A stretch of DNA of 64,000 nt from NCBI GenBank assembly GCA_964016885.1, contig OZ024742.1:243412001-243476000 (forward strand), in the 5' to 3' direction. The stretch's first letter is position 1. Every line of letters starts with the position of its first letter. This document shows, one piece after another, positions 13,601-27,791 of the stretch. The DNA comes from Eledone cirrhosa. Lineage: Eukaryota. The notes below the pieces were generated by a model. It was given only the letters and a program-made list of their open reading frames with translations, did no database searches and was not told the DNA's origin. The translations under genes and the position numbers were made by a program.

Positions 13601-14574
13601 CTCAATCTAAATTTTCTTTTTTTGTTCTTTTTCTATTAAACTGTATTTACATGATATATTCTATATATAAAATCTTACATTGTATGGATATAATACAATT
13701 TGACTTGTATTACCATGTACTATATTTATGAGTAGTTTTGCCACATATTTCACATGCATCAAGTTGTTGTTTTGTTGTCGCTTGTATATGTCTGTCGCTT
13801 CTTCTTTTGAATGTGTCATACAATCTGTTAAAAAAACAATTCTATCACCTACGATAATTACTGTTTTTAATACAGTAAACAGTCCTACATAGTAGTTAGG
13901 TGGCGATAGCTTACTTTGCTTACAATCTGCCCTCAAACGAATATGCTCTTCTTCTTCTTCTTTTTCTTCTTCTTCTTATATTATTTATTTTATTTTATTA
14001 TTTACTATATATTTTTATTGACACCTTCCATATGATCTCATTCCCATGTTATTTCCGTTTCACACAAAGCTGCTGCTTCTGTCTATCTCGTTTTATCTTT
14101 TTTCCACAAGATATCTAAAATATCTGCAATACTCACATCAGAGCTTCCTTACATTATCAATGTAGGTCTGTTCCCCCATCCCCAGGAGCCGATAAAACTG
14201 TGCAAAGGGTCGAAAAATGATCTGAATGTTAATGCAGGTCGATAACATTTTAAGTTCTACAAAATAAATGTTTAAATTTTATATAGTTTAATTAGATATA
14301 ACATATAATCTATGACTTTATAAGGAAGAAAAGCTACGGAAGCCAGATCAGTTTTATCTTTGTCATAGATGCACGGGCGTAGTAAAGAACATCTTCATAA
14401 TTTGGTGAGTTCCCCACGTCATCAACGTATACATGTAGCAGAGAACATATTCACAATTTTGTCCAATCACGGTACAGTGTTTTTCGAAAGAAAGACTATA
14501 TATTCAATAACCCCCAAACCAGTATATTTTTAGCTCTTTTACTTGTGGGACCACATAACGAGTGACTGGAAATC

Positions 14575-14900
14575 GAAACCCAAGGATACTGGGCTCAGGA
14601 TCGTAAATCGTGAGTTCGATTCCTGTACCGGGTGGCGCGTTGTTTTCTTAAGCAAGACACTTTATTTTACGTTGCTCTAGTGACTAGAGCAACGTAAAAT
14701 AAAGTGTCTTGCTTAAGATGTATGATGACAAGTTCAATGGACTAGAGTCTAGTCCATTGAACTTGTCATCATACAATTTCACGCTGAATCTCTCAGAGCT
14801 ATATTAAGGATGCACGTGTCTATGGAATATTTAATTTCTTACTCGTTAATTTCACGAACAGGCAATTTTGTTGATTAAATCAGCTGGAGAACGATGGAGG
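14575..14900 (+). mobile_element. Family-A SINE interrupted by a double hairpin (14647-14717, 14719-14775)
   Basis: B box GTTCGATTCC and family core, with two adjacent near-perfect palindromes made from the SINE's own sequence. Confidence 0.75.
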
Positions 14901-15212
14901 CCCAACAATGTGTTCTACTCCTCACTGTACATTTTCACACTGTTCGATTTTACTTGGCTATCTGAAATATGCCAAAAAAGGAATAGGATGGCTTCCAACC
15001 CTTCGTAACAGCACTATTTCTGACAGCTGGAACTCGGAACAAATGCCGCAAAGCATTTTGTCCAACAATCTAACGATTCTGGAAATCCACCGCCCTGAAG
15101 GGTTCTGATGATAATATATACACTAGAGCATCAAATAATTCTTGACTTAAATAAAGTTATGGATCTAGAGTGACTGGAATGTGCAATAAACAAAGCGAAA
15201 CAAATCAAAGCC

Positions 15213-16470
15213 AAAATAAAAAATAAAACATACATACACAAAAATAAAACATACATACACAAAAATGAAACATACATACACAAAAAATATAACACACATA
15301 CACAAAAAATAAAACATACATACACAAAAAATGAAACATACATACACAAAAATGAAACATACATACACAAAAAATAAAACATACATACACAAAAAATAAA
15401 ACATACATACACAAAAAATAAAACATACATACACAAAAAATGAAACATACATACACAAAAAATGAAACATACATACACAAAAAATATAACACACATACAC
15501 AAAAAATGAAACATACATACACAAAAAATGAAACATACATACACAAAAATGAAACATACATACACAAAAAATGAAACATACATACACAAAAATGAAACAT
15601 ACATACACAAAAAATAAAACATACATACACAAAAAATAAAACATACATACACAAAAAATAAAACATACATACACAAAAAATGAAACATACATACACAAAA
15701 AATGAAACATACATACACAAAAATGAAACATACATACACAAAAAATGAAACATCCATACACAAAAATGAAACATACATACACAAAAAATAAAACATACAT
15801 ACACAAAAAATAAAACATACATACACAAAAAATAAAACATACATACACAAAAAATGAAACATACATACACAAAAAATGAAACATACATACACAAAAAATA
15901 AAACATACATACACAAAAAATGAAACATACATACACAAAAAATGAAACATACATACACAAAAAATGAAACATACATACACAAAAATGAAACATACATACA
16001 CAAAAAATGAAACATACATACACAAAAAATAAAACATACATACACAAAAAATAAAACATACATACACAAAAAATAAAACATACATACACAAAAAATAAAA
16101 CATACATACACAAAAAATGAAACATACATACACAAAAAATGAAACATACATACACAAAAAATAAAACATACATACACAAAAAATGAAACATACATACACA
16201 AAAATGAAACATACATACACAAAAATGAAACATACATACACAAAAAATAAAACATACATACACAAAAAATAAAACATACATACACAAAAAATAAAACATA
16301 CATACACAAAAAATGAAACATACATACACAAAAAATGAAACATACATACACAAAAATGAAACATACATACACAAAAAAATAAAACATACATACACAAAAA
16401 ATGAAACATACATACACAAAAAAATAAAACATGCATACACAAAAAAATGAAACATACATACACAAAAAAA
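15213..16470. repeat. Minisatellite, 21-22-bp unit A5-6-T-R-AAACATACATACAC, about 57 copies
   Basis: Direct inspection. The overlapping long ORFs are artefacts of the repeat. Confidence 0.97.
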
Positions 16471-17069
16471 AAACAAGAAAAAAACAAAACAAAAAACACC
16501 CCTTCTCCAAAACGGAAAGAACATAACCATGGAAACAGAAGCGTGGGTACAATGTAAATGAGAGGAAGCGCAGTAAGTGTATAAGTGACACGTCTACAAA
16601 ATAAAGAGTATCTTGTTGTTATACACCACACAGGGAAACACTTGAAGGTATTTCTCCAGGATAAGTCGAGGGTGTATAATATATGCCAATGCAGTAAGGG
16701 AAATACACTCAGATTAAATTGATCACTTTCCAAATAGACATTCATAAGTAGAATCTCGTTACTTGTTTTGACATTTCGAGGTGTAAACTTAAACCTCGAG
16801 TATATACTTAGCACTTATTGGTGAAGGTTACGGTGGATGTTGTCAGGATCTTAAAAGAAAAGTAATAAAGGTTGATATTACAAGACATGTTCTGTTAGCT
16901 GTTTGTGGAAAATATATTATATTATTTATTTATGTTCATACAAGAAACAAAAGCGCTACCCAAAGTTTCAAGGTCCAAATTTGATGATACCCCCACAATA
17001 CAAGAGACATCAAATTTGTGACCTTTCTTCAGGCGCTGAAACTCGTATAAGCGCCTGAAAAAAGGTCAC

Positions 17070-17390
17070 AAATTTGTGGCCATGACAAAAGCAGTTGTGT
17101 GGTGGACGTGCTTGAAAGAGTTGAAGATGACCACTTTCCTCTTCGGTAAAGTCCCGATTAATTTCTTCAGGTTTCACTTGAAGAGGAAAATCAGGACGGA
17201 GAGGTAAGTGCTGCCTTCAAAGCAATTTGTTGAAAGGCGAGCGGCCTGAGTGAATGAGCTCGCTCTCAGTGTGAGCCGGTAGAGTGGGGGAGAACAACTG
17301 GGATAGGGCACTTACTCTAGAGATCAGGGCACCCATGGTTTTGTGCTATTTTTCGATGAATGATCCTGGAACCTCTCCTCCCTATTGAGG
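17070..17390 (+). pseudogene. Non-LTR retrotransposon (Tx1/L1-like) ORF2 C-terminal fragment plus 3' UTR
   Basis: Translates FVAMTKAVVWWTCLKELKMTTFLFGKVPINFFRFHLKRKIRTER*VLPSKQFVER. It is homologous to the minus-strand fragment at 43400-43715. The clade assignment is tentative. Confidence 0.5.
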
Positions 17391-17555
17391 AATTAAATTT
17401 GTTTACACGCAAAACACACACACCTACATATACACACACACACACACACACACACTCTATATATATATATATATATGTTTTATGTTTTCGCCCTGTGCCG
17501 TCAAAATGTTTTTTTCTTAATGATAACCCTTGCCGTAAATAAAGAAATCATTATT

Positions 17556-18680
17556 ATTAGCATAGAGTTGCGACCCTTTAAGATCTGAGTTCAAATCCCG
17601 CCGAGGTTAACTTTGCCTTTCATCCTTACAGGGTCGATAAGATAAAGCACCAGTAATGCACTGGGGTCAATTTAATCGACGCCCCCCCCCCCCCTCCCTC
17701 AAAGTGTTGGCTTTGTGCCTCAAGTAGAAATAATTATTAGCATAGAGTTACGATTCATTATGGTCTGAGTTCAAATCCCGCCGAGATTAGTTTTATCTTT
17801 CATCCTTAGAGGGGTCGATAAAAGAAAGTATCAGTAATGCACAGGGGTCGATTGAATCGACTTTCCCTACACCCTAAATTGTTGGCCTTGTGCCTAAATC
17901 AGAAACCATTATTCCACGCCAATGTTAACTTTGCCTTTTATCCTTACGGGGTCGATAAAATAAAGTACCAGTAATGCACTGTGTAATTGCTGGCCTTGTG
18001 CCAAAAGTAGAAACCATTATTCCACAATCACATAACAGAACAATGTCTCTGTAAAACAGACCAATAATCATAGGCAGATAAAGACGCAATGAAAACGCTC
18101 ACGTGATATAAACACACCAATATACATTCTTTACGCTGTAATGACACCGAGCGAAAGCAGAAATTATTCTAATTCTATGACACAATTGGCAGTATCGGTA
18201 GAGGCTCGGACATGCTTTCCAGCATAGTTACGTCCCTTTATGATCTGAGTTCAAATCCCGCCGAGATTAACTTTGCCTTTCATCCATACGGGGTCGATAA
18301 AATAAAATACCAGTAATGTACTGGGTAATTGCTGGCCTTGTGCCAAAAGTAGAAACAACTATATTTAATACTTTCTGTGGCTGAACTCAGCACATGTGGG
18401 TTTAATAAGATTTCACATATTATATACGTTGAAAAGAAAAAGCAGCGGAATCCGTGCCTGTCTAACATGAAAATATTAGTTATTTACTGAATTAAATTCT
18501 GAATTCAATACATTAAATTAATATTTAATCTTTTAATATTTAAAAGGGCGGTGGATTGGCAGGGAGTTCAAATCCCGCCGAGGTTAACTTTGCCTTTCAT
18601 CCTTACGGGGTCGATAAAATAAAGTACCAGTAATGCACTGGGTAATTGCTGGCCTTGTGCCTAACGTAGAAACAATTAAA
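17556..18680 (+). mobile_element. Cluster of five family-B SINE copies, three head-to-tail at 17556-18020
   Basis: Repeated family core, with units separated by ATTATT tails. Confidence 0.85.
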
Positions 18681-18729
18681 TTAATATTTAATCTTTTATT
18701 TTCTATATCAAATAATTATTCTGGATAGT

Positions 18730-19028
18730 CACATTCTTCTTTTTCTTCTTCTTTTTCTTCTTCTTTTTCTTTTTCTTTTTTTTTTCTTTTTCTTCTTTTT
18801 CTTCTTCTTTTTCTTCTTCTTCTTCTTCTTAAAGTGGATCCTATCAGAAGCAACCATCACCAATTCATCCGGCTGGATCCCTAAGCGAAACCAGCCGAGC
18901 TCATAGATGATATCCAACCATCATGCACGGGGTCAACTCCGGGGTCTCCTGCCGTTTGGTTTTGCATATAAAATATGTCCTGCGATTCTTTCGTTAGGCA
19001 TTTTAACCACATGCTCCTAATATCGGAG

Positions 19029-19030
<2 letters not shown>
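18730..19030 (-). mobile_element. RTE LINE 3' fragment with (GAA)n tail
   Basis: Reverse complement of the 58180-58549 region (ELGWFRLGIQPDELVMVASDRI). Confidence 0.8.
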
Positions 19031-19118
<88 letters not shown>

Positions 19119-19694
19119 TATGATTTGTGCCCACGATAAATGAATGCAGAACCTGAGGTTTCATGGTCTGGCAATCTTACATAAGTGAAATCGATGTTTG
19201 TCAGCCATATTTTCCGGTAAAAGGTATACAAAATGTCTAAGGAAGCATAATGAATTAGCTCTGTTTACTAGGGGTTGTTGGCACTCTCGCTATACAGACA
19301 CAAACACACACACACATGCTCACACATATACACATACTCATACACACAGAAACACACACACACACTCACACACAGAGACACTCATACACACACAAATACA
19401 GTCAAGCATGCACAGACAAACAACCATACACACACGTATAAATACAGACACACTTTATTGATTGAGTACTAAAAAATCCCATAGGATTGCTTTATATAAA
19501 CACCACGGAGCTATTAATTGGAAAAAAACCATTGTGAGAAGAGATGGAATATAATAGACATATAGAGAAAAAGATTAAACATCAAATAATACATAGGTGT
19601 ATAAATTGCATCTATATGGATAAAAACTGAAATGTATGCCGACGAAGATATGAACAAAATATAATTGAAATTGTGTGAAGTGTATGAGGGAAAT

Positions 19695-19862
19695 AATAAT
19701 TGTTTCTACTTTTGGCACAAGGCCAGCAATTACCCAGTGCATCACTGGTACTTTATTTTATCGACCCCGTAAGGATGAAAGGCAAAGTTAACCTGCGCGG
19801 GATTTGAACTCAGAATGGCAAGGGCTGTAACTCTATGCGTCAAAGCATGGCGTCCGACCCTT
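19695..19862 (-). mobile_element. Family-B SINE
   Basis: Reverse complement of the family core. Confidence 0.8.
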
Positions 19863-20308
19863 TAATGAGGTAAAAAAGGGAAAACTTTTAAAAAGATGAA
19901 TTTTTTGGGAATAGAGAGAAAACAAAATAGCCGCGGGATTCAATGGTTTTCGATAATTTTTAAGTGGCTATGAAATTTAAAGGCTTATGAGGGAATCATA
20001 AGTATTTAGAGTGCGTGTTAACCGGTTGACAAAAATTCAGATCTTCAGAAATAAGTAGTTATTTTTAGAGATAAGCTGTTTCTTAGACCAACCCAGTTTT
20101 GACCAAAAACTATAGTATATTCTAGCATTTACCAGGCGATGTTAAACGTGTGTACCCCTGCGATATCCCACGCATATATGTGTGTGTGTATATATATATA
20201 TATATGGTAGATATGGGGTTCGATTCCTCACAGCGGTTGATGGTAACTTCTTTTTCCGTTCTTAAAGGTTTCGACCCTATTTTATAGTATCTCCGCGTAC
20301 GAGCCCAC

Positions 20309-20340
<32 letters not shown>

Positions 20341-20702
20341 TATGTGCCTGTCTGTACTTATACATATGCATATGTATGCATCTAATAATTTTGTATATAT
20401 GTACCTATGTATTATATGTATAAATTTCAGTGAGACTGATTCAGCAAGTTTGTTTATTTTAAATGGTATAACTCCGCCAGAGGTGAAGAAAAAAAATGTA
20501 GAAAAATGAAAACAACGCTGTGAATGTTTCATGAAATAAAAAGAAAGGAATAACAAGTTCGGGGAAATAACAAATAAGAAAAATAACACAAAATAAGATA
20601 GAAAAAGTTTTCTTTTCTTATCAACACATTGTTTGATTCTTGACAGTAGTTAAACGAAAGGTTGAATTTTGTTGGTGCGTTTTTCAAAACCAATCGCTTT
20701 AA

Positions 20703-20796
<94 letters not shown>

Positions 20797-20943
20797 GTAT
20801 GTATATATATATATGTATGTGTATATATATATGTATGTATACATATATATGTATGTATGTATATATATATATATGTATGTGTATATATATATGTATGTAT
20901 ACATATATATGTATGTATGTGTATATATATATGTATGTATACA

Positions 20944-21010
<67 letters not shown>

Positions 21011-21141
21011 AGATTCTATCGTTATCTTGGCACCTTTCATTTTCTAATGCATTGTATGGTTTTTAAAATTATATATATATATATATATATATAGTTTTAA
21101 TAACTTACCTATATATATATATATATAGTTTTAATAACTTA

Positions 21142-21218
<77 letters not shown>

Positions 21219-22524
21219 TCAAGCGAGTTCTTATCAGTTCGAGTTGGATTTTTATAAAATATTTTTCTTATAGTAAATATTAAATTTAATCATACGAACA
21301 GTTATTTGAATAACGGAGAGGATTGACTTTTAGAAGACACATGTGCCTATCCTAAGTTATCCTAAGTTGCGATCATGTAACACGTACGCATTTCACTTCT
21401 ATAATAACTAAATGTTTGTCAAAGCAATGATGGGATGGGGCTTCTACATGGTTGCACTAACTGCTGGAAATAATAGTTAAATCTCATTAAATCGTTTTGA
21501 AATGGGAAAAATGGCACAAGGGATAATGTCGTCTTTAATACACTATGTTTGAAAAAAGTAAGTCGGGACAGTCACGGCTGAAAAACTTAGATCATAGGTC
21601 TGCTGGATCTGAGCTGTCATGTGAACTAAACATCAACAAGGACAACTAAATGTTTGTTAAACCAGTGAAATAACCTCTATGCGGTCGTTCGACCTGCTAT
21701 AAATAGAAGGCAAATCTCATTCTAGATGAATCTTAAATTGAAGAGCACATTGGATATCGTTAATGAAAGAATTCTGAGAAACTATATTTATATTTTTAAC
21801 TGTTGGTCAATCAGTGATAAACATTGATTGCCAACGGAATTATTTATAGAAATATAAAAATATACTGAAGCTAAAACAAAACCAAACAGAGAGTGTGTTT
21901 TACTATATTTTCTGGCAATAATATAACAACATGACCTTCCCCAAATATAACAATATCTTTTCAACACACGATTTTATATTTTACAAAAACATGCAAAACA
22001 ATAATATATCTCCGTCACTTATACAGAAACTGCATAATATGACAGCTGTAGCTTGAAAACGTCTGTCTCTCCCATAATGGTATTTAGAGTGGGTTGGGAT
22101 TATCGATGATATCTTGGTTATAGAAAACCTTTAGTTTAGAAGTGACTTTGTTTTAATGAGTGTATTAATTGCGAGTTTGGCATTCGATGGTCTTACCCCC
22201 TGAGTGTTTTGTCTACTGTTGGTTATGTTTTCGTATAGGGACATTCAGTGATTACTTTACGTTTGTTCTAAGTGTATCTACGTTCAGATTTAGGTGTTTG
22301 ATGGTTCTATTTGCTTAATTACATAGTATAGATTACATCATATTTAGAAAAATATAACGGGATAGTCATGGTTGAAAAACCTTTGACCACAGGTCTGCAG
22401 AATTTGATCTGATCTGACCTTAAACAACAACAAAACAACTATTACTAATATCTATTTTTGATATAGGTTTATACAATGGCTGGCAATAAAGTAAATGAAA
22501 TGAAACTTAAAGAAAATGATAATA

Positions 22525-22752
22525 ATGATTTCTACTTTAGAAGGCCAGTAATTGTTTGGGGGGGAGGGGAAAGTCGACTAAATCAACCCCAGTTCGTTAC
22601 TGGTACTTTATTTTATCGATCCCGTATAGATGAAAGGCAAAGCTAACCTCGGCGGGATTTGAACTCAAAGCGGGATTTGAACGTAAAGCGCAGTAACAAT
22701 ATGCCGCAAAGCAAGTTGTCCGACGCTCTACTGATGCTGTCAATCTACCACC
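22525..22752 (-). mobile_element. Family-B SINE
   Basis: Reverse complement of the family core, with a short internal duplication. Confidence 0.75.
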
Positions 22753-22819
22753 CCCAAAAAATGATAAAAATGATACTTGCCAATACAAATCTGCAATATA
22801 ATGCAGCAGAAATAAAATA

Positions 22820-23278
22820 TAAGCTCGAATATAAATCGAATATAAATCTATTTCAGGTTTGAGAAATGGGCAAAAATTCAAACCCCGTTTATGAGCCGAG
22901 GCAGGTAATCAATACATAATGTTTTGAAATTCTCATGAGTGGAGAATATATTTATAAAGTTTTAATATTTTGATATTTAAAGTGTTTTAAGTGTCGTTTA
23001 GAGTATGGTTTTTGTTTCCCAGTTCCATTACATAATGTTTTTTTTACCAATTTCCAACCGTTTTGAAGGCCATATTCTTTCAAAAACACATTAAAGATAA
23101 TAGAAATTTCGCCTCCAAAGTGAAACCGGTGTAATACTCATCTTCAAAGCGAAATATTTATGTAGAATTTGAAGTTGGTGAAAATCGGCAAAATATTGAC
23201 ATCGAATATAAGTCGTCCCACTTTACCATCGAAATTTTTGTCACGTATTTCTCGGCTTATATACGAGTATATACGGTA
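22820..23278. mobile_element. Tc1/pogo-type non-autonomous DNA transposon remnant
   Basis: Terminus CTCGGCTTATATACGAGTATATACGGTA and internal CGAATATAAGTCG motifs. The left end is poorly preserved. Confidence 0.5.
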
Positions 23279-23857
23279 ATTTCATTATTGATCATCAAGG
23301 ATCATGTGATGTCAAGAACCTGTATTGTAACTGATGACTGGTGTGTCCATTACCAATGACCACATCATTACTTTTTTAACCATATTCTTCATTTTGTATA
23401 TCCAAAAGATTGAACGTTTCGCAGTTCAAAAAGATAATACATTTATTACAATCATTGGATTCTACATTATTATCCTAATGTAGGAATTCCTTTCACGTTT
23501 GGGATTTTTTTTTTTCCTTTAAATCACAAATAAATGATTCGGAATTTGGTAAAATGTCAGACATAACATTTTTTAAACCCAATGTTCCAAATTCGGGAAA
23601 CAGCACTTTTTTAATTATAAAAAGTGGTGTAGAAAAAATGGATTTCTATTAGGGTGAGAGGGGCAGATGGAGAAAAAAGAAATAGACAGTTGAGAATGAG
23701 GTAAGGGAAACGCAAACGTCTGGCTCTTTGCACTCTTTCTCTCCTTCACTTCAACTCATTCTTACTCTTTGTCTAGATCTGTTTTTCTCCGCATCCAGTT
23801 TCTTTTATAAACACAGTCATCTCACTCAGATAACAATGTATGTTTGTGCGTTTATGA

Positions 23858-23976
<119 letters not shown>

Positions 23977-24599
23977 GAATATAAACAGATCCACGTTAAA
24001 CCAACGCCAACCACGAACTCAAGCCAAAGAAACTATTCACTTACATTCGACCTCATTCACCAAACCCAAACAGTTCAAGGAAAAGTTAAACTACATACGT
24101 CCTTCTAAACTATGTCCCAGCCTCTCTCTCTCTCTCTCTCACACATACATACACATATATAGTATATATCAATACATTTGGGTTTACAAACACGAGGAAG
24201 AGTGCTCAATACCAAAGGAGAGAGTATTATACTTTCAGTATATTACTGGGGTTACTATATATATATATATATATATATATATGTCTCCGAAAACAATAAC
24301 TCTCTACTTGAGTGGGATATGATGTCCTCACTAGATGGTGCTATATATATATATATATGAATGAAAAATGGCGTGCTGCGTCGTTGCGGATGTGATACAT
24401 ATAAATTAAAATTAGAGTAAGAAGCCAGGACTATCCATCATCAGTGATCTTCTGGCCATCATAGGTATTTCTTCGCATTAAAGATCAGATACCTCAGGCC
24501 AGCGCGAGCAATAACTAAATAAAGTTATTGGGATAAAAAGAATTGGGTGGAGAAAGAGACACATGTAAACAAACAAGAATGGTTAGGCAACGTAAAGAG

Positions 24600-24705
<106 letters not shown>

Positions 24706-24730
24706 GAATTGGTGCTCTGAAATATAGCGA

Positions 24731-25067
24731 TATATATATGAATGTATATATAGTGTATTTTGCAATACATTGTATGCTTAATTAAAAGAATGTTGAAGAC
24801 CTTACGCTATTGTTTTAGAGTAGTGACAGTCTCACTTACTTTAAATTTTGAGCAAACAGGGGGAGATAAAGCTGACAGAGCTCTGTTTCGTACTATTTGG
24901 TACTTATCAAAGCTAAGTACTCCGCCTGTTTGCTGAAAATCATGAATGTTTGATTCTTATAGAATTTAAAGTAAGTGAGACTGTCACTACTCTAAAACAA
25001 TAGCGTAAGGTCTTCAAAATGCTTTTAATTAAGCATACAGTGTATTGCAAAATATACTATATGTACA

Positions 25068-25078
<11 letters not shown>
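24731..25078. repeat. Fold-back element with about 115-bp inverted arms enclosing a hammerhead
   Basis: Arms at 24731-24847 and 24963-25078, flanked by (TA)n. Confidence 0.85.
24870..24914 (-). ncRNA. Type-I hammerhead ribozyme, U3-A8 variant
   Basis: Minus strand reads agct-TTGATAA-gtac[caaata]gtac-GAAA-cagagctct-GTC-agct. All three stems form and there is a GUC cleavage triplet. Confidence 0.75.
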
Positions 25079-25114
<36 letters not shown>

Positions 25115-25185
25115 TTATATATATATATATATTTATATATTTATATATCTATATATATATATTTATATATATATATATATTTATA

Positions 25186-25246
<61 letters not shown>

Positions 25247-25363
25247 GTGGAGGTGTATAATATATATATATATTATACACCTCCACGTCCTCTAAGCATG
25301 ACCCTAATAAGACTGTATTTTTGCATCCTTGTTTGTTTTGTTTTATTTGATCAACTATATATG

Positions 25364-25530
<167 letters not shown>

Positions 25531-25745
25531 CTTTGATAGGTTTCGGCCAGTATTGGCCCAGGCCATGTCTAATTTAATAGCACCACGTGGTGAAGTCTTT
25601 CAAATCAGGATTTGGACACCATGGCAAACTAAAGTAGAGAGTTGTTGTTTATGGAGACATATCCGTGTGTAGGAGCTTTATCCGAGATTTCTTGGAGGAA
25701 TTTGTCCAAAGACTATTTGAATTTTATGGGGTCTGTTTCTGTTTT

Positions 25746-25827
25746 TATTGGGTCATCAAATATGAAATTTGTAGAGTTTTCTTTATTTGCTACAAATTTC
25801 TACAAATTTCATATTTGACGCCCAATA
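25746..25827. mobile_element. About 80-bp mariner-type MITE
   Basis: TATTGGGTCATCAAATATGAAATTTGTAG...CTACAAATTTCATATTTGACGCCCAATA. A second copy lies at 41476-41559. Confidence 0.75.
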
Positions 25828-26639
25828 TATGGTTTTGTGTAATGTTAAAGAGAGCGAGACCAGTTGAGCTGAAATAACTGCGCCGTATTGTTGTTATGGG
25901 ATGCGAGTCTGTCCCCTGTATCTACCTACCCAGGCTTTGTGCTCTGGAGAAGTGGGAAGCTGCAGTCTACTGGTTAATAGGCCCGTCAAGCTACAACTGA
26001 CGCTGGGCCATAAACACCATGTATTGCACTCCAAAAGTCTCCCGAGACTGGCCATGTCTACATACATATAACTAGGGGCTACATATAGTAATGCGTGTGT
26101 TCAGTGAACGATAAAATAAACTCTGAATGGGTGGTCACTTAAAAGTGTTGGAACATGTATGGTGCAATCATCTGTTCCCTGAAATTAAGGGAACTCCATC
26201 AAGAATCCTCTCTTCAAGTAATGTCCCTAAAATAACTACAAGAAATATTGACACTTTCATTTCTTACATCTATGAGCATAAAAATCAGTGTTGTGCATGT
26301 GTTTAGAGGACTTGATGAATATAATACAGTTGCTGTTTCGTGTGATTCCTTATATATTCTCAGATCTAACAGCAGCACCATTTACATGATTTTTACTTTA
26401 CTAACCACATGTTCCAGTTGAACGTTGTGTAATAACCGTGAGTTTTTACAGATCCTTTACTACTGATACAATCTTATGTATACTCTTCATCGTGAAGTTA
26501 TGGCATTCTTCTTGTAAGATGCCAAAATATACAAACCATAACTTTGTTAATCAAGGAGATATAGTAACTTTAACACATAAACTATGTTGTATTCTATGTC
26601 GATCAATACATTGCCACGTCGACACAACATGAATGAACA

Positions 26640-26975
26640 GTTAAGGAATTCGCTTCAAAGGAATTCGCTTCACAATCATTAGGTTCCGGGTTTGATCCCA
26701 CAGCATGGCATCTTGGGTAAGTGTTGTTTACCATAGCCTCGGGTCTTTCCATGCATTGTGAGGCAAACTGAGTAGATGGAAACTGTATGGAAACCCGTAT
26801 GATGGACCATACCAGTAATTATCACACATTTTCACGCCAAATCTCCTTGAAAATTACGTTACGGCTGCACGTGTTTGTGGAATTCTCAGTCGCCTATACG
26901 TAAAATTCCATAAGCAGGCTATTCCATAGATCGAAAAACTGGAACACACATCGTCGAAGCAGACGTAGGTCCAGT
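26640..26975 (+). mobile_element. Diverged tRNA-derived SINE
   Basis: B-box-like GGTTTGATCCC, core TCTTGGGTAAGTGTT, and a 3' part similar to 1800-1950. Confidence 0.5.
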
Positions 26976-27676
26976 TCATTCCATACACTGCCTCGAAGAC
27001 ATCTTATATACAGTTTACATTCCACGCATAACATTCAGTAAATATTTCTCAATCAAACTAAGTGCTGTACCCGAGACATCCGTATTTTCTTCTTTCTTTT
27101 TGCATGTAGTATTTAATAAATCCTAAATTCTTCTTGTTTCGTTAGATGAATACTTAAATAAATGTAACATTATAACTTACCTCGGTTAAACATGCCCCCC
27201 CCCCCCCCACACACACACACACACACACAATACTGTTATTCTGGATAGTGTCAGGAATTGTGAAGACAAAACAAAACCCACATTTTTTTTAATATTTACA
27301 TTTTCCCGTATCAGATATTTCTACCGAACAGACATTCTTTTGTAAACTTCCTTATTCCATAATTATTACAGGATTTTGTTTAATAAATTTGCGACATTAT
27401 AATATCCCAGTAGGTTATTTTCATCTTGTATGGTTTATGTTTCAGTCGGTGTGGTATGACACCATTTGATATTGAAACACCTTATATTTCTCATTTCCTT
27501 ACACGATAGCATTCATTATAAATGCAAAAATGTACTACCGCATTTCCTTACCAGTTATATGAAGCACAAATAACCTTTCATTTTCTTGGGCTATTTCTTC
27601 TGTAGGGTGTGTTAACATACATGCAAGTACATGCAAAGAAAAACTGATACACAGACACACACGCATGCACACACAC

Positions 27677-27791
<115 letters not shown>

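Noticed and set aside
15131-16814. 441-549-aa hydrophobic ORFs, or a possible CRISPR-like array
   Set aside because: This is a stop-free minisatellite. The units are contiguous with no unique spacers, and there are no cas genes.
17171-17203. Apparent 33-nt micro-exon (TTCAG|VSLEEENQDGE|GTAAGT) as a missing FABP exon
   Set aside because: It lies inside a LINE fragment that reads in another frame and has a homologue at 43.5 kb. Exonisation cannot be excluded without RNA data.
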